In this document: one piece after another, positions 9,497 to 16,938 of the stretch
Numbering within the stretch: position 1 is the stretch's first letter
Layout: each line of letters opens with the position of its first letter
Virus record (IMG/VR): IMGVR_UViG_3300035694_000001
Span: 1 to 64,000 of that record
Length of the DNA stretch: 64,000 nucleotides
Reading direction: 5' to 3' (one strand)
Origin: a virus
Translations under genes and position numbers: made by a program
Notes under the pieces: model-generated
Databases searched by the model: none
What the model saw: the letters and a program-made list of their open reading frames with translations, nothing else
Told to the model about the DNA's origin: nothing

Positions 9497-10462
9497 ATGA
9501 CCACATACAATACCGGTATTAACCGAGGTAGCCCTCCGTACAGCACAGACCCGCTTGTTCCTGAGCCGTTGGCTGAGGACATCATCCAGATGCTGCCTCA
9601 GCAGTCGTCGGTTATGAGCATGGCACGGAATGTGCCGATGTCCACCCGGACTCAGCGGCTGCCCGTGCTAGATGTTCTTCCCCAGGCGTACTGGGTTTCC
9701 GGCGACAGCGGTTTGAAGCAGACGACATCAATGGTGTGGAAGAACGTCACACTGGTAGTTGAAGAGTTGGCTGCGCTGGTGCCAATCCCTGATGCGTACT
9801 TGGCAGATACCAACATTCCGTTGTGGGATGAAGTACGGCCGAGGTTGGTGGAAGCCCTGGGGCGTGCTGTTGACGGCGCGTGCCTCTTCGGCACTAACAA
9901 GCCGGCTACATGGCCTTCTGCCATCATCCCGGCGGCCATCGCGGCGGGCAACATCATCACGGACACAAGCCCGGACATCCCTGCTGCCGTGGCGTCGCTG
10001 GCTGAGCGCGTCGCACTGGACGGGTATACCAACATCAATGGTTGGATGATCCGGCCTGGATTTAAGTGGCGCCTGCTGCGCGTCCGTTCGAGCGGGTCTG
10101 GTGAGCCGATCTACATGCCGGATTTGCAGAACGGCAAGGGCGGAAGCCTGTATGGCTACCCACTGCAGGAAGTCAGTAATGGCTCCTGGGATCCGACTGT
10201 TGCTGATCTGCTGCTTGGTGACTGGTCAATGGCTATCATAGGCACTAGAAGCGATATCACCTTCAAAATGTTCGACCAGGGTGTAATCGTCGATGACACA
10301 GGCAAAGTTATTTATAACGCCGCTCAGCAAGATGGCCAGATTATGCGTGTCGTAATGCGTCTTGCGTTCGCGACAGCCAATCCGATCACCAACCTCAACA
10401 GCAACGACGCCACCCGCTACCCGTTCGGCGTGCTGTCTACAGGCTCGGCCTCGGCGAGCTGA
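9497..10462 (+). CDS. Major capsid protein (HK97 fold)
   Basis: LVPEPLAEDII, AYWVSGD..LKQT, LAALVPI, LYGYPL, LLGDWS, RVVMRLAF. Confidence 0.95.
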   Translation: MTTYNTGINRGSPPYSTDPLVPEPLAEDIIQMLPQQSSVMSMARNVPMSTRTQRLPVLDVLPQAYWVSGDSGLKQTTSMVWKNVTLVVEELAALVPIPDAYLADTNIPLWDEVRPRLVEALGRAVDGACLFGTNKPATWPSAIIPAAIAAGNIITDTSPDIPAAVASLAERVALDGYTNINGWMIRPGFKWRLLRVRSSGSGEPIYMPDLQNGKGGSLYGYPLQEVSNGSWDPTVADLLLGDWSMAIIGTRSDITFKMFDQGVIVDDTGKVIYNAAQQDGQIMRVVMRLAFATANPITNLNSNDATRYPFGVLSTGSASAS

Positions 10463-10554
10463 TCACGGAGTGTGATAGGCTGACAGAGTAAAGCCCCGGC
10501 AAGCGATTAGGCCCGCCTGCCGGGGCACGCCAAACCTGAGAGAGCAGGTCTAGC

Positions 10555-11244
10555 ATGGTTCAGGGTACACGAGTCTGCTATCCGTGCGGTATACCACTCG
10601 ATAACACAGATGTTCGGCGTAAATACTGCTCAGGTAGATGCAAAGAGTGGGCTCGTTTGCACCCTGGAATGAAACGGTACTCGACTGAAGATCGTAAATG
10701 CTTATATATAGGGTGTAGAAAATCACTTAACCATCGCAGAATAGATGTGTCGTTTTGTGATCAGCTATGCTATGCGCGATTTATCTTTGGTCGCCCGGCA
10801 GTTCCTTTGTCATTGGTTTGTGAGTGCAGTACAGTGTTTACGCCCTGTAATTTGCGTCAGCATTTTTGCTCCAAGCCATGCAGTCAGCGTGCGGCGGGCC
10901 GCAAATGGCGAGCCAAAAACCCTGTGTACGTTCGACAGGTGCAGCATTTTCGCCGACTACAGATTACAAGCCATCCAGATAGTGTGAAGGTAACTTATCG
11001 AGACTGGCAAAAGCTTTGCCGCCGGTACCGTGGGTGCTGTGCTTATTGTGGAAAAGCCACGCCATCTCCACACATGGATCATGTAGTGCCTATCAACAAA
11101 GGTGGGCGGCATGGCATAGGTAACATCCTGCCCGCGTGCTTGAAATGCAATATCTCGAAACATGATAAACTATTGGTGGTGTGGCGGCATGCGCATTTTG
11201 TTTATGGTGCATTTGTGGTTACCCCAGCACTGCGCTGGGGCTGA
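10555..11244 (+). CDS. Free-standing HNH homing endonuclease with Zn-ribbon repeats
   Basis: CAYCG...MDHVVPINKGGRHGIGNILPACLKCNISK. Confidence 0.9.
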   Translation: MVQGTRVCYPCGIPLDNTDVRRKYCSGRCKEWARLHPGMKRYSTEDRKCLYIGCRKSLNHRRIDVSFCDQLCYARFIFGRPAVPLSLVCECSTVFTPCNLRQHFCSKPCSQRAAGRKWRAKNPVYVRQVQHFRRLQITSHPDSVKVTYRDWQKLCRRYRGCCAYCGKATPSPHMDHVVPINKGGRHGIGNILPACLKCNISKHDKLLVVWRHAHFVYGAFVVTPALRWG

Positions 11245-12211
11245 GACAACCGCAGCCGCGTTTGCTAAGAAGCTGATCGATGATGGCCATCATGTCACGA
11301 TTCAACTCTCTATGCCGCATCCGATGTACGTTACAGGTCCTTACATGCATGAAGGTTCGGCAGTTTACCCGTATGTAGATCAGGCTGACCCGCTGCGATG
11401 GTTAGCGGCACCGGAAGGCAAGCCTGATTTGATAGTCACGTACTTGATGAATACACTGCGGGCCTCGATACTCGGTAAGATGCATGGCATCCCGGTAATA
11501 ACGCTTATGCACAATGATCACATGAAGAGCAGGCATGATCTGAAGCATGGCACGGATCTGGTAGTTTACAATACCGAGTGGATGAAAAAAGCTGTCGAGG
11601 ACTGGTATCGGGACTACCTCGGCGAACCGCCGCGCGGTATTGTCATTCGGCCACCCATCTTCCCAGCCCAGTACCGGGTAACCCCGCCTACCACAGCTAA
11701 AGGGCGTGTTACCCTAATTAATTTGTTTGAAGACAAAGGTTCCGAGATTTTTTATGCGCTGGCTGAGCGTTTCCCGCGCTTGAAGTTCCTTGGTGTTTGC
11801 GGGGCCTACGGCAAACAAGATGTACGGAAAATGCCCAACGTCGAGATTATCCCGCATGTAGCCGCTCACCACATGACCACCCAGGTCTACGCCCGGACGC
11901 GTGTGCTGCTCATGCCCTCGGTCTACGAGAGCTACGGCCGTGCCGGCGTCGAGGCAGCGTGTTCCGGCATCCCGACCATCGCTACGCCAACGCCGGGTCT
12001 GCGGGAAGCGCTGGGCGACGGCGGTGTGTTTGCTGAAGCCAATGACTTCAACGCATGGACAGCTGCGCTGGCGGTCCTCACGACGGCGAAGGGCTGGCTT
12101 GCCGCCTCAACGAGAGCGAAGCAGATACCCACTCGTCTCACGACTGAGGCTGACCTAGAGCGGTGGGCTGGGGCAGCACAACGAACGGCCCGCATGCCGG
12201 TCTTGACCTAG
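11189..12211 (+). CDS. Glycosyltransferase family 4 (GT-B)
   Basis: MRILFMVH..LP.H.AGAE; LLMPSVYESYGRAGVEAACSGIPTIATPTPGLREALG. Confidence 0.9.
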   Translation: MRILFMVHLWLPQHCAGAETTAAAFAKKLIDDGHHVTIQLSMPHPMYVTGPYMHEGSAVYPYVDQADPLRWLAAPEGKPDLIVTYLMNTLRASILGKMHGIPVITLMHNDHMKSRHDLKHGTDLVVYNTEWMKKAVEDWYRDYLGEPPRGIVIRPPIFPAQYRVTPPTTAKGRVTLINLFEDKGSEIFYALAERFPRLKFLGVCGAYGKQDVRKMPNVEIIPHVAAHHMTTQVYARTRVLLMPSVYESYGRAGVEAACSGIPTIATPTPGLREALGDGGVFAEANDFNAWTAALAVLTTAKGWLAASTRAKQIPTRLTTEADLERWAGAAQRTARMPVLT

Positions 12212-12220
12212 GAGGTTGCA

Positions 12221-12841
12221 ATGTCACTACCTCCGCTGATCGCACCAACAGATGTGGTCGCCCGGCTACCTTCCACCTATGTGATTGAGAATGCACGAGC
12301 TATAGCGCTTATTGCTGATGCCTCAGCGACTGCTCGGCGTATCTCCAAACAAGATTTCACAGTAAATCAGTCTACTGTAGGTATTCGCCCGGTCGGCTAC
12401 AGGCTTATTCTTCCGCAACGGCCAGTTATCTCAGTGGATAGTATTGCTATCAGATTGCCTAACAGTTCTTCATTGGTGACTATTCCCGGCTGGTACTGGG
12501 ATGGGTCGGATGAAGTATGGCTCACTGACGGCGGCTCGATTATCAACTTGGCTGAAGAAGTGCTGTTCGCTTTGCAGTGGCAGAGCCCAATGTGCTTTAC
12601 CACGTACACGCACGGGTATACAAGCATCCCTGATGATATCGTTGGGGTTGTGTGCTCGATGGTAATTCGTATTCTTACCGCCCCTGGCCTTGGCGGTGTG
12701 ATCTCAGAAACTGTGGGTGAGTACTCGTATCGCCTCTCGGATGCAGCGGCTCAGGGTACTATGGGTGTGACTGATGCCGAGAAGAAGATCCTAGAGTCTT
12801 ACCTGCCACGTCGGACATCAACCGCTGAATTGAGAGGGTAG
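12221..12841 (+). CDS. Head-to-tail adaptor
   Basis: DVVARL...ALIADASA.AR; YTHGY..IPDDIVGVVCSMVIR; SETVGEYSY. Confidence 0.85.
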   Translation: MSLPPLIAPTDVVARLPSTYVIENARAIALIADASATARRISKQDFTVNQSTVGIRPVGYRLILPQRPVISVDSIAIRLPNSSSLVTIPGWYWDGSDEVWLTDGGSIINLAEEVLFALQWQSPMCFTTYTHGYTSIPDDIVGVVCSMVIRILTAPGLGGVISETVGEYSYRLSDAAAQGTMGVTDAEKKILESYLPRRTSTAELRG

Positions 12842-12844
12842 AGA

Positions 12845-13066
12845 ATGAAGAGTGCCGAGATCAAGGGTTATCGGGAGCTGAGCGAAGATGATATTGAGTT
12901 GGTTAACCTGATCAAAGACGCTGAGATTCAAGTAGCTAAGGTATGGCGGGTAATCGAAAACAGAAGCGTTAGCGACCGACGTTGGGTGGCTATCGCTAAG
13001 ACACATTTTCAGGATGGTTTCATGGCATTGGTGCGTTCGGTTACGAAACCTGAGGATGTGTTCTAG
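12845..13066 (+). CDS. acb2: Acb2/Tad1-family cyclic-nucleotide sponge (anti-CBASS)
   Basis: IKGYRELS..DI.LVN.IK ... RWVAIAKTHFQDGFMALVRSVTKP..F matches the Acb2 N- and C-terminal signatures. Confidence 0.8.
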   Translation: MKSAEIKGYRELSEDDIELVNLIKDAEIQVAKVWRVIENRSVSDRRWVAIAKTHFQDGFMALVRSVTKPEDVF

Positions 13067-13074
13067 GGGGTCTG

Positions 13075-13413
13075 ATGTTCTTTGCTCACCCTCAAACAGT
13101 GCGGGTAAATCATCGTGAGATTGACCGTAACGGAGATTACGTGGTCACAGATTCGTATGATTTGCCCGGATGCGCGATAAGCTTGGCAAGCAAGACCCGT
13201 GCTTACGAAACAGAGACGCCCGACAGAGACACCGTGCGGGCGCAAACTATATTGTTCGCGCCCAGCGGCTCGGATATTCGTACCAATGACACAGTTACTT
13301 TGTTAACGGACAACACCACCTGGCATGTGTGGGGTTTGCCGACTGGATTTCAGAGCCCGTTTACAGGGTGGGCTCCTGGGATGCAGGTGCCGCTGCGGCT
13401 GTACGAGGGCTAG
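13075..13413 (+). CDS. Head-to-tail stopper
   Basis: DRNGD...PGCA...LFAPSGSDI..ND.V...W.V.G.P...SPFTGW.PG. Confidence 0.85.
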   Translation: MFFAHPQTVRVNHREIDRNGDYVVTDSYDLPGCAISLASKTRAYETETPDRDTVRAQTILFAPSGSDIRTNDTVTLLTDNTTWHVWGLPTGFQSPFTGWAPGMQVPLRLYEG

Positions 13414-13861
13414 ACCGCCGCACGAGGGTCCACGTCAGGCCGGCGGCCAGCAAGCCTGCCGTCAGTGCGGCCACGATGTTCACAGATGCCACGCTGATAG
13501 CCACAAGAACCAAGAACACCACCCAGGCCCAGCCCACCACACGAAGTATTCTAGTGGCCCACAAGGGGCCCGGCGTGCGCCTGGTGACGCGTTGCTGGGT
13601 ATTTTCCCTTCTGGTAGCGAGACGTTCTTTCCGTGCTACAGCCCGTTGGTGCCTTGCCTCTGAGGCTGCTACTCGGCGTTCTCGCGCTTCCTGCCGCGCC
13701 GCACGCTCACGTTCGAGCTTGCCAGGGTCAGCAATCTGCTCCAGCAACTTTGTCTGAGCCTGCAGCTCTCGGAGTTGAGATTTGGCGACGCGTTGTTTCT
13801 TCGAGCTGCCGTGCACGAGCCCGCCGGTGCCGAGCATGAGCGTGCCTCTGATGAGTCCCAT
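13361..13861 (-). CDS. Membrane protein (leftward moron)
   Basis: Own promoter (13899-13930) and GGAAGG RBS; two C-terminal TM segments. Confidence 0.6.
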   Translation of the reverse strand: MGLIRGTLMLGTGGLVHGSSKKQRVAKSQLRELQAQTKLLEQIADPGKLERERAARQEARERRVAASEARHQRAVARKERLATRRENTQQRVTRRTPGPLWATRILRVVGWAWVVFLVLVAISVASVNIVAALTAGLLAAGLTWTLVRRSSPRTAAAAPASQEPTL

Positions 13862-13898
13862 CGGTCTGCCTTCCTACTTTGTTGATGTGCTTGTGGCC

Positions 13899-13930
13899 GG
13901 TGTATCGGATCCTAGCTACTGAGTGTTACA
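13899..13930 (-). promoter_or_regulatory. Leftward promoter (repeated family)
   Basis: Minus strand TGTAACACTCAGTAGCTAGGATCCGATACACC. Confidence 0.65.
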
Positions 13931-13940
13931 GGGGGTTGAT

Positions 13941-14279
13941 GTGGGATTCTCGCGTGTCTCGATCAGCTACCCCGGCCTGGGTGACTACATGCGCACCTCG
14001 GAGGCGCTTCGTGTGGCGCTGCGGGCCCATGCCGAGGTAGGAGTGAGGTTCGCTAAGTCCATTGCTCCGGTAGGTCCGTCACGAGACAAGCACCGTACCG
14101 AGTTCCGCGACAGCATCCATTCCGAGGCGGATAAGGGGCTAGACGGCCGGTCTGCTGCGCGCATCGTGGCATCGCCGATCTGGCCGGAAGTCGGCCGTAA
14201 GCACATGCGTCCATACGCGGGCTCACACACTCTACGTCGGACAGCCCAGTATCTCAACGCGCCGAAACGGAGCGCCTAG
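13941..14279 (+). CDS. Neck/tail completion protein (HK97 gp10-like)
   Basis: AKSIAPVG...FRDSIH...WPEVG...HTLRR; position among neck genes. Confidence 0.75.
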   Translation: MGFSRVSISYPGLGDYMRTSEALRVALRAHAEVGVRFAKSIAPVGPSRDKHRTEFRDSIHSEADKGLDGRSAARIVASPIWPEVGRKHMRPYAGSHTLRRTAQYLNAPKRSA

Positions 14280-14687
14280 ATGGGCCTTAATCTACCTCCT
14301 TTCGCCGACGCTGAAGAGGTCGCCTATGTGCTGCTTAGTACCGTAGGTAACGTAGTTAAAGGCACTCCGACTAACATCGTTACACCGGTTATTGTCATTC
14401 GCCGCATCGGCGGCCACAGCGACTATGTAACGGACTTTCCGGAGATCCATGTTTCGGCTATCGGAGATACTCGGATGCAGTCCTCGCGGTTGCAGATACT
14501 GTGCCAGCAACAGATAGAAAACTCTTTCGCTACTGAGGTGACGCTACCTGATAACTCGGTAGTGCTGATCGACGGCACAACAACTCTCACTAGTGGGCAT
14601 ATTGAGGCATACGAAAACGTGGATCTTCGTGAAGTTTCTGCTATATATCAGATACGGATGCGCCGGCCAATCATAGCCGCGCACTAG
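14280..14687 (+). CDS. Tail terminator
   Basis: PFADAE...IRRIGG..DYVTD; immediately before the major tail gene. Confidence 0.8.
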   Translation: MGLNLPPFADAEEVAYVLLSTVGNVVKGTPTNIVTPVIVIRRIGGHSDYVTDFPEIHVSAIGDTRMQSSRLQILCQQQIENSFATEVTLPDNSVVLIDGTTTLTSGHIEAYENVDLREVSAIYQIRMRRPIIAAH

Positions 14688-14700
14688 GAGGAAAGCAGCT

Positions 14701-15384
14701 GTGGCCGACTACACCAGTATTGCTCATCGTCAAGCAACCCTCATTCGGAAAGCGTTGGAAGGCTCGGTATTCATTGCGCCTTACACGGCGGCGGCTATCA
14801 CAAGTATCACGACAGGCGCCTCTCAAGATATTGCACCGTTGCCTGCCGGGTATGTCGACGTTGGAATGATTGATAAGAAGGCTGCGCCTACGTGGGGCAG
14901 CAAGGTGACATCACAGGAAGTGATGGCCTGGGGCGATGTTTATGCCGCACGACGTGATATCACGAAGATTGACGGCAGCCTCAAATTCACCATGCTTGAA
15001 ACGAACCGGACTTCCCTGCAGCTGTACATGGGTCAAGACCTCACCGGTGTAGCACTGGCGCCGACTACTCGTGAATTGGTCATCAACCAGGCCGCCCGGC
15101 CTTCGCCGATCCCTTACCGCGTGTTAGGTATCACTCAGGACGGCACAGGCGCGAACGCCATCTACGTCGGTCGATTCTACCCACGCGCGTTCGTCACAGA
15201 TATTGGTGATCAGAAGTGGGATGATGATGCCGAGGCCCTGGTCTGGGACGTGACCCTCACTCCTCAGAATGACATCACGGTTGGCGGTCCTGGCGGCTCA
15301 CCGGTCGTGCATTACTTCGGCGGGCCAGGATGGCTCGCACTTCTTGCTGCTACAGGCTTCAATGCCAACCCTGGTGGCAGCTGA
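14701..15384 (+). CDS. Major tail protein
   Basis: LIRKALEGSVFIAP, LPAGYVDVG, LKFTMLETN, FGGPGW. Confidence 0.9.
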   Translation: MADYTSIAHRQATLIRKALEGSVFIAPYTAAAITSITTGASQDIAPLPAGYVDVGMIDKKAAPTWGSKVTSQEVMAWGDVYAARRDITKIDGSLKFTMLETNRTSLQLYMGQDLTGVALAPTTRELVINQAARPSPIPYRVLGITQDGTGANAIYVGRFYPRAFVTDIGDQKWDDDAEALVWDVTLTPQNDITVGGPGGSPVVHYFGGPGWLALLAATGFNANPGGS

Positions 15385-15459
15385 TGATACACTCTCAGTA
15401 AGGACCCCGGCAGCTGTTGGTAGCAGCTCCGGGGCGTGGTCGACCGGTAAGGGGTCAAC

Positions 15460-16200
15460 ATGCTTGAGTGTACACGGTTAGTCTGCGAAAATTGCAGTAT
15501 TCAGTTTCTACGGCCGTCTAAAGATGGCCCTGTTCCTCGATGGTGTTTGTCTTGTCGTGCTGAACGTGCACGAATCAGACAACAAAAGTGGCAGCGAGCA
15601 AAAGCAGCTGAGCTAGCGGCACAAGCAATGCCTAAGATCGACATTTGCGCAGAGTGTGGGGTTAGTTTCTTTCGTCCGTGCTCTAATGGGGTTCGGCGAC
15701 GATGCGATTCTTGCCGGGCAGATCATAATAAAACCAGGCACAAGCTATATCAACCGAACCCCGATCGGTCACCTAAGCCGTGCGAGCTTTGTTTTATATC
15801 AATAATTCCTCAACCTGTTGGGCCCGTAGCTAGATGGTGCCGTCCGTGCGCTGTTATTGTGCAACGGCAACAACGAAATGCTTGGTTGAAAGCTCGCCCG
15901 GAACTGCAACGGGTTCAGTGGCAAGCACATAAGCAACGACGTCGAGCTGCGAAGCGGACTACTGAAGTTGAGCGGTTTAGCGTAGCTGAGATTTATGCAC
16001 GTGATAAGTGGCGTTGTGGGATTTGCTGCAAATTCGTAGATCGTGATTTGAAATACCCAGATCCGCAATCGCCATCGTTGGATCATGTCGTCCCATTGGC
16101 ACGCGGTGGGGCGCACACTCGCGCTAATGTCCAGCTTGCTCACTTACGCTGCAATTGTCTAAAACAAGATCGGATAACTGGTGGCCGCCTACAAACTTGA
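15460..16200 (+). CDS. Free-standing HNH homing endonuclease with Zn-ribbon repeats
   Basis: RDKWRCGIC...SLDHVVPLARGGAHTRANVQLAHLRCNCLK. Confidence 0.9.
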   Translation: MLECTRLVCENCSIQFLRPSKDGPVPRWCLSCRAERARIRQQKWQRAKAAELAAQAMPKIDICAECGVSFFRPCSNGVRRRCDSCRADHNKTRHKLYQPNPDRSPKPCELCFISIIPQPVGPVARWCRPCAVIVQRQQRNAWLKARPELQRVQWQAHKQRRRAAKRTTEVERFSVAEIYARDKWRCGICCKFVDRDLKYPDPQSPSLDHVVPLARGGAHTRANVQLAHLRCNCLKQDRITGGRLQT

Positions 16201-16495
16201 GCGTTATCGCAAAGAAGCAGAGATCTCGCCTTTTGAGCTGGAAATCGAAGAGGGCCGAGTTATCTCTATCCCGGCGCCCGATGGCGATACGGTTCTAGAT
16301 TTAGCTGAGATTCCGCTCCAAGAGCCCCGGCGCATGCTTCGATTACTCCTCGGTGACCAATACGAGGAAGTGATCGGCATCGTCGGCAAGGACCCGTCAG
16401 GAGTGTTGCCGGCGCTCACGGCTGATATGCTCAAGCACTTCAAAATCGGGCAGTTGATGAATGCACCGGGGGGATCAAGGGCGTTGCCACGCTGA
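16181..16495 (+). CDS. Tail assembly chaperone (G)
   Basis: Between major tail and tape measure; ends near slippery GGGGGGA. Confidence 0.85.
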   Translation: MAAYKLERYRKEAEISPFELEIEEGRVISIPAPDGDTVLDLAEIPLQEPRRMLRLLLGDQYEEVIGIVGKDPSGVLPALTADMLKHFKIGQLMNAPGGSRALPR

Positions 16496-16929
16496 TAGAA
16501 AAGCATGGCAATGCCATAGAGTATGACCTTCGGCATGAGCTGAGTATTGATCTGCGGGATTATATCCTTGGTGAGCGCCCTTGGGCTCAGCTGCACAGAT
16601 TCTTAGAACGCCTCCCCCGGCATTCTCACTTCCATGCTTCGGTGATGGCGGATGGCGATTCGGTAGCTGAGATGCTGCGCCGGTCCGGCGGAAAGGATAG
16701 TAGGTCGTTTGGTCTTGTCGGCTGGACATATGAGCGTGAATTACTGACGCTTATCGTGGATGTACTAAATCAGCTGCACGCAACGATCGTGCAGGCTAAC
16801 TCAACAGATGGTAAAAGACCGGCAGTCGAGATGCTGAAACGACCGGTTACGGCTCTTAACAAAATTGAAGCTCAGCAAACAGCACGAGATCACCAAGAGC
16901 GTGTTGCAAAGTTCCTGCCTAGGGGGTGA
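16468..16929 (+). CDS. Tail assembly chaperone GT extension via programmed -1 frameshift at GGGGGGA (16468-16474)
   Basis: The -1 frame is open from the slippery site: GIKGVATLIEKHGNAIEYDLRHELSIDLRDYILGERPWAQLHRFLERLPRHSHFHASVMADGD... to 16929. Confidence 0.85.
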   Translation, partial: GGIKGVATLIEKHGNAIEYDLRHELSIDLRDYILGERPWAQLHRFLERLPRHSHFHASVMADGDSVAEMLRRSGGKDSRSFGLVGWTYERELLTLIVDVLNQLHATIVQANSTDGKRPAVEMLKRPVTALNKIEAQQTARDHQERVAKFLPRG

Positions 16930-16938
16930 GCTAAAGAT

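Noticed and set aside
10463-11244. Group I introns around the HNH genes
   Set aside because: Flanking genes are complete with their own starts and stops, and there is no room for an intron core; the HNH genes are free-standing.
16642-16929. Independent 95-aa gene
   Set aside because: Better explained as the -1 frameshift extension of the tail chaperone.
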